Assembly: GCF_043778725.1 (NCBI RefSeq)
Contig: NZ_JAYWFT010000125.1
Location: 16,842 to 80,841 of the forward strand
Length of the DNA stretch: 64,000 nt
Source of the DNA: Flavobacterium sp.
GTDB taxonomy: Bacteria > Bacteroidota > Bacteroidia > Flavobacteriales > Flavobacteriaceae
Reading direction: 5' to 3'
The translations under genes and the position numbers were made by a program. The notes under the pieces were generated by a model. The model did no database searches. It was not told the DNA's origin and worked only from the letters and a program-made list of their open reading frames with translations. Below, piece after piece: positions 47,277 through 55,814 of the stretch; the first letter of the stretch is position 1, and each line of letters starts with the position of its first letter.

Positions 47277-47284
47277 CAAAAGTA
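47277..47284 (-). promoter_or_regulatory. -7 promoter box for dprA
   Basis: TACTTTTG on the minus strand. Confidence 0.55.
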
Positions 47285-47348
47285 AGAACAAAAATTAAAA
47301 TTGTTAACAAAGTTTGTTAATAAAATTTTGCAATATGCATTAAATAAG

Positions 47349-47356
47349 TAAATTTG
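47349..47356 (+). promoter_or_regulatory. -7 promoter box for the SPOR gene
   Basis: TAAATTTG 5 nt before the ATG, with TTTG at 47327-47330. Confidence 0.55.
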
Positions 47357-47361
47357 TCATT

Positions 47362-48306
47362 ATGAAGATTGATCAATATATTTCACAATTACTCTATCGT
47401 TATCAGTGTGTAACAGTTCCAGGATTTGGTGCTTTTTTAACCGAAATCCAATCGGCACAATTGCACGAAGGTTCCCATTCGTTTTATCCACCCAAAAAAT
47501 TAGTGTCGTTTAATTCGTATTTAAAAAACAACGATGGTTTACTGGCCAATCATATTGCTCAAGCCGAGAAAATGTCTTATGAAGTTGCCGTTTCAGCAAT
47601 AGAAAACCAAGTAACCATTTGGAAATCTAAACTGCACGATTTTGGTGCTATTACATTAAAGAACATTGGTGAAATATCTTTAAATCAAGAAAAAAATCTA
47701 GTTTTTGTTCCTTACGATCAATTAAATTATTTAACAGCATCGTTTGGACTTACAACTTATATTTCACCAGCCGTAAAACGAGAAATTTTTAAAGAAGAAC
47801 TGCAAGAACTGCAAGAAACAACCACAATAAATTTCACTCCAGAAACTAAAAAAGGCACAAATTTCTTGAAATACGCCGCCATTTTTGTTCTAGGCGCAGG
47901 TCTTCTAGGCGCAGGAGGTTTTCTAGGAAACAACTATTATCAAGCCCAAATTGAGCAACAAACAGTAGCTGTTCAAGCCAAAGTTCAAAAACAAGTAGAA
48001 CAAAAAATACAAGAAGCCACCTTCTTTATTTCAAGTCCGTTGCCATCAGTAACATTATCGGTTTCTAACAGTAAAATGCCCTATCATATTGTTGCAGGTG
48101 CTTTTCGTCAAGAAGAAAATGCGTTAAAAATATACAGTGAATTGTTAAAACTAGGTTATCCAGCCAAACGAATTCCCAAAAACAAACACGGCCTATATCC
48201 AGTAGTGTACGGCAGTTTTAGCTCCTACAGCGAAGCCCAAAAAGAAATGCAAAAAATACAAAAATCACACAATCCAGAAGCTTGGTTGTTGATAGAAGAA
48301 CTATAA
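47362..48306 (+). CDS. HU-like (CCDC81-type) N-terminal domain, TM, SPOR domain protein
   Basis: LLYRYQCVTVPGFGAF..NNDGLLAN; central TM; C-terminal YHIVAGAF...NA...L..LGY..VVYGSF...EA. Confidence 0.82.
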   Translation: MKIDQYISQLLYRYQCVTVPGFGAFLTEIQSAQLHEGSHSFYPPKKLVSFNSYLKNNDGLLANHIAQAEKMSYEVAVSAIENQVTIWKSKLHDFGAITLKNIGEISLNQEKNLVFVPYDQLNYLTASFGLTTYISPAVKREIFKEELQELQETTTINFTPETKKGTNFLKYAAIFVLGAGLLGAGGFLGNNYYQAQIEQQTVAVQAKVQKQVEQKIQEATFFISSPLPSVTLSVSNSKMPYHIVAGAFRQEENALKIYSELLKLGYPAKRIPKNKHGLYPVVYGSFSSYSEAQKEMQKIQKSHNPEAWLLIEEL

Positions 48307-48495
48307 GATTATCCCGATTATTTCGGGATTTTTTGTTTCTAGAACCCAAACAGTAGTTTTTATTTACAATGGCAATTCCTGCCATTCAATACAATCTTGG
48401 TTTCACTTGTTTAGCAACAAGTAAAACCAAGATTTCCATTACTGTCAGGAGTAGCAGTAATCCATTTTTATATTTGTATTCTAGTTTCTCATAAC

Positions 48496-48503
48496 TATCT
48501 TTG
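48496..48503 (+). promoter_or_regulatory. Bacteroidota promoter for the thioesterase
   Basis: TATCTTTG with TTTG at 48473-48476 (19-nt spacer). Confidence 0.7.
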
Positions 48504-48514
48504 TAAAAAAAAGC

Positions 48515-49024
48515 ATGACTCCAAAACATCCTATAGATTCCCTAACAATCCTTACAGATTTAGTATTACCAAGCGAAACCAATCCGCTAAATAACCTTTT
48601 TGGAGGCGAATTATTAGCCCGAATGGACAGAGCAGCAAGTATAGCCGCAAGACGACATTCTAGAAGAATTGTAGTTACCGCATCTGTAAATCATGTAGCC
48701 TTCAATCGTTCTATAGCCTTAGGAAGTGTAGTTACTATAGAAGCAAAAGTTTCAAGAGCATTTACATCATCCATGGAAATTTATATTGACGTCTGGATAG
48801 AAGATAGAGAATCAGGAATAAGAACCAAAGCCAACGAAGCAATTTACACCTTTGTAGCCGTTGACGATTCGGGCAATCCAGTTCCGGTTCCACCATTAGA
48901 GCCAGAAACAGAAGAAGAACAATCTAGATTTGATGCCGCATTAAGAAGAAAGCAACTAAGTCTAGTTTTAGCCGGAAAAATGAGCCCACATGATGCAACA
49001 GAACTAAAAGCATTGTTTGTATAA
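48515..49024 (+). CDS. Acyl-CoA thioesterase (YciA-like hot-dog fold)
   Basis: NPLNNLFGGELLARMD..ASIAA, VVTASV, YTFVAVD. Confidence 0.9.
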   Translation: MTPKHPIDSLTILTDLVLPSETNPLNNLFGGELLARMDRAASIAARRHSRRIVVTASVNHVAFNRSIALGSVVTIEAKVSRAFTSSMEIYIDVWIEDRESGIRTKANEAIYTFVAVDDSGNPVPVPPLEPETEEEQSRFDAALRRKQLSLVLAGKMSPHDATELKALFV

Positions 49025-49033
49025 ATTCATAAT

Positions 49034-49080
49034 AAAAAAACGCACAAAAGCCAACTTAATGCTTTCTGTGCGTTTTTTTT
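49034..49080. terminator. Bidirectional terminator
   Basis: AAAAAACGCACAAAAGC ... GCTTTCTGTGCGTTTTTT. Confidence 0.75.
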
Positions 49081-49115
49081 GTCTTAAATTTTAAAAAGAA
49101 AATATATATATTTAG

Positions 49116-50657
49116 TTATAATGTAATTTTCAAGAGTTGTTTTTTCTTTCCTTTTCGTCCTATAAAGTAAACAGAATTATTAGTGACAGCACCATCAGAA
49201 ACCATAAATGGAACTTCGCTGTCTTTATCATCAAGAATTTCTTGGTAATCAAAATCGCCATTTGGTTTAATTCTAATAATATTTAAATTAGAACGTTTTG
49301 CGCTTGTTTGTCCAAATTGAATTCTATCGTTACTTATTTTTTTAACTTTTTCTCCAGTGTTTATAAAGAAAAAAGTATCATCACCTTTTATAGTTGACGT
49401 GTATGAAATATAAGAATCATCGCCACTTGTTGACTGACGTTTGTTAATGTTTCTAGCCCAAATCAAATCGCCTTGAACATTTAGTTTTGCACTCACAATA
49501 TCATTATAATAATAAGTAGTTCTTGTAGACATTCCTCCACCAGGTTGCATCATGGTTGTTGTAATCACATAAAATTCTTCGGCATTAAAAACAATATCGC
49601 CTGATGCGGTAATAGAAATTCCTCTAAAAGAAAGGTTTCTTAACTCTTTATCTTTGTCTTTTCCATATTTATCAATCATAAATTGCTCGGTAAAAGGATT
49701 GAATTTAGATTTTTTTATAGCTAACGTTTTTGGATCCAATTCAAAGTAGCTTAATCCTTTGTAACGCGAATCATTTCTATCAGAATAAAATCCTACACAG
49801 GTAACTCGGTCTTGAAAAACAATCGTTTTTAGTGATCCAGAATAATGTTCTTCTGTGTCAAAAACTTGAGTTGCAATTCCATCCTTAGTTATTCTTGAAA
49901 GTTCATATTGGTATTTTCCACCGTCTTTTTTCTTTTTCTTTTCTGTAGTATAGACTTTTCCTAATAAATACAAAGTGTTTCCATCTTTAGAAACATCAAT
50001 GTTTTCATATCTAAATTTTTTATCTTTAATATCGCGTTTAAACTCGTGAATAAATTTCTGATTTAACTTAGCGTCAAATAAATATAACTTGTGTGTTTCT
50101 TGGGTTTTATTAGAAATATCTACAATAATAGAAAACGCCGATTTGTCTTCATTTACAATCATTTGAGCTCCAGTATCGCCATCATAACTGCCACTATTTC
50201 CCCAAAAAGAAAAACCACTTACTTCTTCACTTGGAAGTGTAAAAAGTTCTTTTTTAGTAAAATTAAAATCTTTTATACTTGCAGAATTTGCATTACAAAC
50301 AAAAGCTTTTTGTTCCTTTACATAAGTAAAATCGATAATACTTACTTGATCTTCGTTAACGATAATTCCCATAACACCACTTCTTTTAGAATCATATTCA
50401 AATTCTTTTATGAGCTTCATATTAGAATCATAATGTTCAAAATAATAGCCAAATGCACTTGAAAAAGCTCCGCCCATAAACGAACGAACAATGATTAATC
50501 CGCCATTTCCGTCTTCTTCTACAGACATAATGGTAGAGCGTTTGTACTCATCTTTAAAAACATCACTTTGTTGAATCTTAAAAGGAATTTCTTGCGCCTG
50601 TGATGTAGACACGTGTAAAAGCAATGCAAGAGCAAAGCAGGTAAAAAGTTTTTTCAT
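49116..50657 (-). CDS. Hypothetical exported protein (beta-rich)
   Basis: Signal peptide ending STSQA-QE, 513 aa, no recognised family. Confidence 0.7.
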   Translation of the reverse strand: MKKLFTCFALALLLHVSTSQAQEIPFKIQQSDVFKDEYKRSTIMSVEEDGNGGLIIVRSFMGGAFSSAFGYYFEHYDSNMKLIKEFEYDSKRSGVMGIIVNEDQVSIIDFTYVKEQKAFVCNANSASIKDFNFTKKELFTLPSEEVSGFSFWGNSGSYDGDTGAQMIVNEDKSAFSIIVDISNKTQETHKLYLFDAKLNQKFIHEFKRDIKDKKFRYENIDVSKDGNTLYLLGKVYTTEKKKKKDGGKYQYELSRITKDGIATQVFDTEEHYSGSLKTIVFQDRVTCVGFYSDRNDSRYKGLSYFELDPKTLAIKKSKFNPFTEQFMIDKYGKDKDKELRNLSFRGISITASGDIVFNAEEFYVITTTMMQPGGGMSTRTTYYYNDIVSAKLNVQGDLIWARNINKRQSTSGDDSYISYTSTIKGDDTFFFINTGEKVKKISNDRIQFGQTSAKRSNLNIIRIKPNGDFDYQEILDDKDSEVPFMVSDGAVTNNSVYFIGRKGKKKQLLKITL

Positions 50658-50697
50658 TGAATAGGGTTTAGAGGTTGTTTAATTTTGTTGCAATTTA

Positions 50698-51480
50698 TTA
50701 TTTCCCAGTAAATTGGGCTTTTCTTTTTTCTAAAAATGCGGTTGTTCCTTCTTTAAAATCTTCTGTTCCAAAACATTTTCCGAAGTTTTTAATTTCTGTT
50801 TTAAATCCGTCAACACCATCTCTATAATTAGCATTTATAGCTTTAATTGCTTGACCAATTGCTACTGGAGAATTTCTCATGATTTTAGATGCAATACCTT
50901 TTACAAATTCTAATAGTTCACTTTGTAGCACAACATGATTTACTAATCCGTAGCTTTTTGCAGTTTCTGCATCAATCATTCCGGCAGTCATAATTAATTC
51001 CATAGCGCGACCTTTTCCTACTAGTTGAGGTAAACGTTGCGTTCCGCCATAACCAGGAATTACTCCAAGAGAAACTTCTGGCAAACCCATTTTGGCATTG
51101 TCGGATGCAACTCTAAAATGACACGCCATTGCCAATTCTAATCCGCCACCAAGTGCAAATCCGTTTACGGCTGCAATTACTGGAGTTTTTAAATTCTCTA
51201 TAAAATCAAACAATAATTCTTGTCCTTGTTGTGCTAGTTGTGCGCCTTCTTCTACAGAAAAATGTGCGAATTCTGAAATATCTGCGCCAGCAACAAATGC
51301 TTTTTCACCTTCGCCAGTGATGATGATAACTTTGGTTTCATGATTTTCGTCTAATGATTGAAAAGCATAGTGCAATTCTTGAATAGTTGAAACATTTAAA
51401 GCATTAAGTTTAGATGGTCGGTTGATGGTGATTTGTCCAATTCCGTTTTCAGTTGAAACAATTATGTTTTCGAAGTTCAT
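50698..51480 (-). CDS. Enoyl-CoA hydratase/isomerase family
   Basis: INRPSKLNAL, KAFVAGADI, AVNGFALGGGLELAMACH, GLPEVSLGVIPGYGGTQRL. Confidence 0.93.
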   Translation of the reverse strand: MNFENIIVSTENGIGQITINRPSKLNALNVSTIQELHYAFQSLDENHETKVIIITGEGEKAFVAGADISEFAHFSVEEGAQLAQQGQELLFDFIENLKTPVIAAVNGFALGGGLELAMACHFRVASDNAKMGLPEVSLGVIPGYGGTQRLPQLVGKGRAMELIMTAGMIDAETAKSYGLVNHVVLQSELLEFVKGIASKIMRNSPVAIGQAIKAINANYRDGVDGFKTEIKNFGKCFGTEDFKEGTTAFLEKRKAQFTGK

Positions 51481-51490
51481 AGTTTTTATA

Positions 51491-52945
51491 TTATTTTTCA
51501 ATTATAGGAAGCGAAACTATAAAAGTTGTTCCTTTTCCAAATTCAGTTTCAAATATAATAGTTCCTTTGTAATTTTCAATAATGTTTTTGATAATTCCTA
51601 AACCTAAGCCCATTCCGCTATTTTTAGTTGTAAATTTTGGTTCGAAAATACGTTCGATATTTTCTGATTCAATTCCAATTCCGTTATCTTTTACAGAAAT
51701 GTTTACATTATTTTCTACTTGTTTTACTTCTACTATAATAGATTTTTCTGCTTGATTTTCTGGAATTGCTTGAATGGCGTTTTTAACTAAATTAGTAATA
51801 ATTCTAACCAATTGTGTTCGGTCCATAATGGTGATAATTTCCTCTTCATCACTTTTAAATTGTAGGTATTCTTCGTTGAAAATATCTAACGAAAACTCTA
51901 CAACTTCAACAACATTTAAAGTTTCGTTTTGTTGTGCTGGCATCGAAGCAAAGTTAGAAAATGCCGATGCAACCGAACTCATAGTATCAATTTGTTGAAT
52001 CAATGTCTTGGTATAATCGTCCAATTTTTGTTTCAAATTAGGATCTTCAGGATCAAATTTTCTTTGAAAACTTTGCACTGTCAATCGCATTGGCGTTAAC
52101 GGATTTTTAATTTCGTGTGCAACTTGTTTTGCCATTTCGCGCCAAGCTTGTTCACGTTCGCTTTGTGCCAGCATTGAAGCGCTTTCTTCTAGTTTATCAA
52201 CCATGTCGTTGTATGCTTTTATCAACGAATTGATTTCTTTACTATTGGCTTCAACAAGGATTTTTTCGTTTTTCTGATTTAAACTTGTTTCATTAATTTT
52301 ATCAGAAATTGTTTTTAAAGTTTGGGTAATATATGACGATAAAAAGTAGGCAAGAGCAAAGGCAATAATCAACATAAAGAAGTAAACCTGACTCAGACTG
52401 ATAAGAAATTGCTGAATCTCATCTTGATAAAAACTATCGTCTTCTACATAAGGTAAATTCAGAATTCCGAGTGGTTTAAATTTATCATCTTTTATTTGGC
52501 TAAATGACGATCGATTTTTAACACCATCAACACTTTTAATATCTACATAACGTTTTTCAATAGACGATTGAACAAGTTTTATAATGTATTTTGGAACTGG
52601 AGGCGAAATGCTATCTACAGAAAACGAAGCTTTAGACGATTTTAGAAGTTTTCCGTCAAGTGAATAAATATTGATTTCTACATTGTGGATGTCTGACAAT
52701 TCGTGAATTTTATCCTTAAAAATATAAGGCAAATTGCGCTCTGTTAATGGATAAGTAGAATTGGCAAGAACATAATTAATGTGCTCTTTTACAGCATCTT
52801 CTTTTCTGTCTAATCGTTCTTGATAGTATTTTTTGGCTTCGTTTTGAAACTGAATTACCGATATTGTAGCTAACAAAATTGAAGTAATTAATATCAATAC
52901 AATCATCGATAGGAAAATCCTAATTCGAAGTGAAAGCATAGACAT
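51491..52945 (-). CDS. Sensor histidine kinase (NtrY-like, HAMP-HisKA-HATPase); no cognate response regulator adjacent
   Basis: Two TM segments, MAKQVAHEIKNPLTP H-box, NLVKNA, DNGIGI, FEPKFTTK, GMGLGL. Confidence 0.92.
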   Translation of the reverse strand: MSMLSLRIRIFLSMIVLILITSILLATISVIQFQNEAKKYYQERLDRKEDAVKEHINYVLANSTYPLTERNLPYIFKDKIHELSDIHNVEINIYSLDGKLLKSSKASFSVDSISPPVPKYIIKLVQSSIEKRYVDIKSVDGVKNRSSFSQIKDDKFKPLGILNLPYVEDDSFYQDEIQQFLISLSQVYFFMLIIAFALAYFLSSYITQTLKTISDKINETSLNQKNEKILVEANSKEINSLIKAYNDMVDKLEESASMLAQSEREQAWREMAKQVAHEIKNPLTPMRLTVQSFQRKFDPEDPNLKQKLDDYTKTLIQQIDTMSSVASAFSNFASMPAQQNETLNVVEVVEFSLDIFNEEYLQFKSDEEEIITIMDRTQLVRIITNLVKNAIQAIPENQAEKSIIVEVKQVENNVNISVKDNGIGIESENIERIFEPKFTTKNSGMGLGLGIIKNIIENYKGTIIFETEFGKGTTFIVSLPIIEK

Positions 52946-52963
52946 TTTGAAACCGTTTAGCAT

Positions 52964-53509
52964 TTATGACTTGTTTTTTTCTCGAAGTCTTTTATAAAAT
53001 TTGAATCCCAACATAATAATAATCGAAAACAAAAAGATTCCGATTACGCCATAAATCCAGTTGAAAGCATTTTTTAAAATTACTAAAAAAACTACAGCAA
53101 ATAAAATAATTGTGGCACCTTCATTCCATAATCGCATAAAATTAGACGAATATTTGAAAACATCATTTTGTAATTCTTTGAAAATCAGGTGACATTTTAT
53201 GTGATAAGCAATTAATAAAACTACAAATCCCAATTTTACTTGCATCCAACGCATTTCTAAAAACGCAGGATTCAAATGCAATAATGAAAGTGCAAAAATC
53301 ACTGCTAAAACCGCGCTTGGCCATGAAATAATGTACCACAAACGATACGTCATTATTTTGTATTGCTTTAGTAAAATTTCTCTTTCAGGCGAAGGTTTTT
53401 CGTTGGCTTCAATTTGATATACAAATAACCTAACAATGTAAAACAAACCCGCAAACCAAGTGATTACGAAGATTAGGTGTAGCGATTTTATGTAGTTGTA
53501 GATATCCAT
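52964..53509 (-). CDS. hemJ: Protoporphyrinogen IX oxidase HemJ (CopD family)
   Basis: KSLHLIFVITWFAGLFYIVRLFVY, MTYRLW, RLWNEG; located in the hem cluster. Confidence 0.85.
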   Translation of the reverse strand: MDIYNYIKSLHLIFVITWFAGLFYIVRLFVYQIEANEKPSPEREILLKQYKIMTYRLWYIISWPSAVLAVIFALSLLHLNPAFLEMRWMQVKLGFVVLLIAYHIKCHLIFKELQNDVFKYSSNFMRLWNEGATIILFAVVFLVILKNAFNWIYGVIGIFLFSIIIMLGFKFYKRLREKNKS

Positions 53510-53525
53510 TTTTTTTATAAAAGTT

Positions 53526-53587
53526 GCCACGAATTACACAAATTTACACTAATTCTTTAATTCGTGCTAATTTGTGTAATTCGTGGC
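53526..53587. repeat. Palindromic intergenic element (GCCACGAATTACAC family)
   Basis: Perfect 19-bp inverted repeats at 53526-53544 and 53569-53587. Confidence 0.88.
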
Positions 53588-53599
53588 TAAACAATTTTT

Positions 53600-54616
53600 C
53601 TATTTTCTCTTAAAATCCTCAATCCAATTTGCTACAAAGCCACACCATTCATCATCATCATTCATACAAGGAACTGCCATAAATTCTTCGCCACCATGAT
53701 GCAAAAATTGTTCGTTGGCTTCCATTGCAATTTCTTCTAAAGTTTCTAAACAATCGGACACGAATGCTGGAGTTACAACCGCCAATTTCTTAATTCCTTG
53801 TTCGGGCATTTTGTTGATTTCAACATCGGTGTAAGGCGTTAACCATTTGTCACCTGCTAAACGAGATTGGAATGTTTGGCTGTATTTTCCTTCTGGAATT
53901 CCTAATAATTTTACAACTTGTTTTGTGGTTTCATAACATTGATGACTGTAGCAAAATTCGTGTGCTGGCGATGGCGTATTGCAACACGTTCTGTCCATTT
54001 TACAATGCGATTTGGTAACATCGGTTTTACGAATGTGACGTTTCGGAATTCCGTGATACGAAAACAACAAATGATCGTAATCAAATCCTTCCAAATGCTT
54101 TTTCATCGAATTAGCTAATGCCTGAATATAATCGGGTTTGTTGTAAAATGCTGGAACATTGGTAAAAGTCATTTCAGGAAAAAACTTCTGACGCAATTCT
54201 TCTGCCAAAACCACAATTGTAGTTGTCGAAGCCATAGCATGTTGCGGATATAAAGGCATCAACATTACTTCGGTTACGCCTTTGTCTTTTAATTCTTGTA
54301 AACCTTTTTGAATGGTCTTCGTTCCATAGCGCATTGCCAAAGCCACAGGAATATCAACCAATTGCTGAACTTTTTGATGCATTTTTTTAGAAAGTACAAT
54401 TAAAGGCGAACCTTCGTCAGTCCAAATTCGAGCATAAGCTTCTGCCGATTTTTTTGGTCGCGTTTGTAAAATAACACCTCGAACTAATAATGCTCGCAAT
54501 AAAAACGGAACGTCAATTACGTATTTATCCATTAAAAATTCATCTAAATACGGCTTAACATCTTTGGCAGTTGGACTTTCTGGAGAACCTAAGTTTACAA
54601 GTAATACACCTTTCAT
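53600..54616 (-). CDS. hemH: Ferrochelatase
   Basis: VLLVNLGSP, LAMRYG, PLYPQ, LFSYHGIP, FQSR, WLTPYT, PAFVSDCLETLEEI. Confidence 0.97.
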   Translation of the reverse strand: MKGVLLVNLGSPESPTAKDVKPYLDEFLMDKYVIDVPFLLRALLVRGVILQTRPKKSAEAYARIWTDEGSPLIVLSKKMHQKVQQLVDIPVALAMRYGTKTIQKGLQELKDKGVTEVMLMPLYPQHAMASTTTIVVLAEELRQKFFPEMTFTNVPAFYNKPDYIQALANSMKKHLEGFDYDHLLFSYHGIPKRHIRKTDVTKSHCKMDRTCCNTPSPAHEFCYSHQCYETTKQVVKLLGIPEGKYSQTFQSRLAGDKWLTPYTDVEINKMPEQGIKKLAVVTPAFVSDCLETLEEIAMEANEQFLHHGGEEFMAVPCMNDDDEWCGFVANWIEDFKRK

Positions 54617-54714
54617 AGTAAATTTAATTTTTTTGTAAAAGTAAATGATTCTTACTTTTTACATTTATGTTTATGTTTTTTTTATCGATTGTTTGATATA
54701 CGAAATTGATGCTG

Positions 54715-55587
54715 TTATGTATTTGGATTTATCGACATCAAATATTTCTTCGGTGTAGTTGCAAATTTTTTCTTAAATGCTGCAATAAAATGACTTCCGG
54801 TGCTGTAACCTATTTTTAGCCCAACTTCGTTTACATTATACGAACCAGAATCTAATAATTGTCTAGCGTAGTCCATTTTATAATCAAATAGAAATCCGTA
54901 AACCGTATCGCCATAAATTTGTTTGAAACCCATTTTTAGTTTTTTCAAACTCAGTCCAACTTGCTCCGAAAGTTCTTCCAATCCTGGTGGTTCAGCCATA
55001 TTTGAAATGATAATTTCTTTGGCTTTTTTAATTTTCAAAACATTGTCTTCATCAATTAAAAACGGACATTGCTCAGCATTTGGATCTTCCGAACGATTGA
55101 AATACAAACTCAATAATTCGTATCCTTTACCTTTATAGTATAGATTTTTTATGGACGGATTCAAATTATAGTGAAACAATTGACTTAATACAATTGCCAT
55201 TGACGGACTAATATCTCCTTCCTTATAATATTTTTTGTCTTTATTTTCATCACTTAAAAACGGAATGTGTTCAGAATCATTAGAAAACAAACCGTGAAAC
55301 TTTTGAATGGAAATTATAACAGAAATTATCCAAGAATTTGGAGCCAATTCTAAATTCAAAGGCAACTCTTTTTGTGGATTGTAGAATAATAATGACTTCT
55401 CATCTTTCAATTCTAAAGCATAATTTCCTTCGTTAAACACAAATTTTGCTTTTCCTTTAATGCCAAAATGAAATTGAATAAGCCCTTGATTTACATGCTT
55501 TTTCACATGAAAATTTTCGTTTCCATCATTTTGAAAACGAATTAGGGTAAAATCATTTTCAATTGTTATTACTTCTTGAGAACCCAT
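54715..55587 (-). CDS. AraC-family transcriptional regulator
   Basis: C-terminal PPGLEELSEQVGLS.KKL..GFKQIYG..VNEVGLKIGYS..SHF..AFKKKF..TPKKY; start set at MGSQE. Confidence 0.9.
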   Translation of the reverse strand: MGSQEVITIENDFTLIRFQNDGNENFHVKKHVNQGLIQFHFGIKGKAKFVFNEGNYALELKDEKSLLFYNPQKELPLNLELAPNSWIISVIISIQKFHGLFSNDSEHIPFLSDENKDKKYYKEGDISPSMAIVLSQLFHYNLNPSIKNLYYKGKGYELLSLYFNRSEDPNAEQCPFLIDEDNVLKIKKAKEIIISNMAEPPGLEELSEQVGLSLKKLKMGFKQIYGDTVYGFLFDYKMDYARQLLDSGSYNVNEVGLKIGYSTGSHFIAAFKKKFATTPKKYLMSINPNT

Positions 55588-55632
55588 AGCGATATTTTTT
55601 CGTATATGATTTTGAAACCTAGTCAAATTCTT

Positions 55633-55651
55633 ATTTAGAATTAATCTACAT
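55633..55651. promoter_or_regulatory. Candidate Fur box upstream of the AraC gene
   Basis: ATTTAGAATTAATCTACAT within the dyad CTTAT.TAGA...TCTA.ATAAG; 17/19 match to the ATTTAGAATTATTCTAAAT box I recall for Riemerella Fur. Confidence 0.55.
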
Positions 55652-55680
55652 AAGATAGTTGTTACGACTTGATTTCAGTA

Positions 55681-55688
55681 CAAATTTA
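55681..55688 (-). promoter_or_regulatory. -7 promoter box for the AraC gene
   Basis: TAAATTTG on the minus strand. Confidence 0.55.
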
Positions 55689-55782
55689 TAATAAATAACG
55701 CTATAAAGTCGAATTTGGTTTAAAAATTCTCAGAGCGATACAAAAAGTCCCTCTAGCGTTGTTTTTATGAAATAGATAGTAA

Positions 55783-55790
55783 TAATTTTG
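55783..55790 (+). promoter_or_regulatory. -7 promoter box for the hemA operon
   Basis: TAATTTTG, 24 nt upstream of the ATG. Confidence 0.55.
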
Positions 55791-55814
55791 TTAAACTTTT
55801 TAGAAAAGTAGAAT

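Noticed and set aside
54637-54659. AAAAGTAA/TTACTTTT inverted repeat upstream of hemH as an operator
   Set aside because: An 8-bp A/T-only dyad is likely by chance at this composition, and one arm is explained by the promoter box itself
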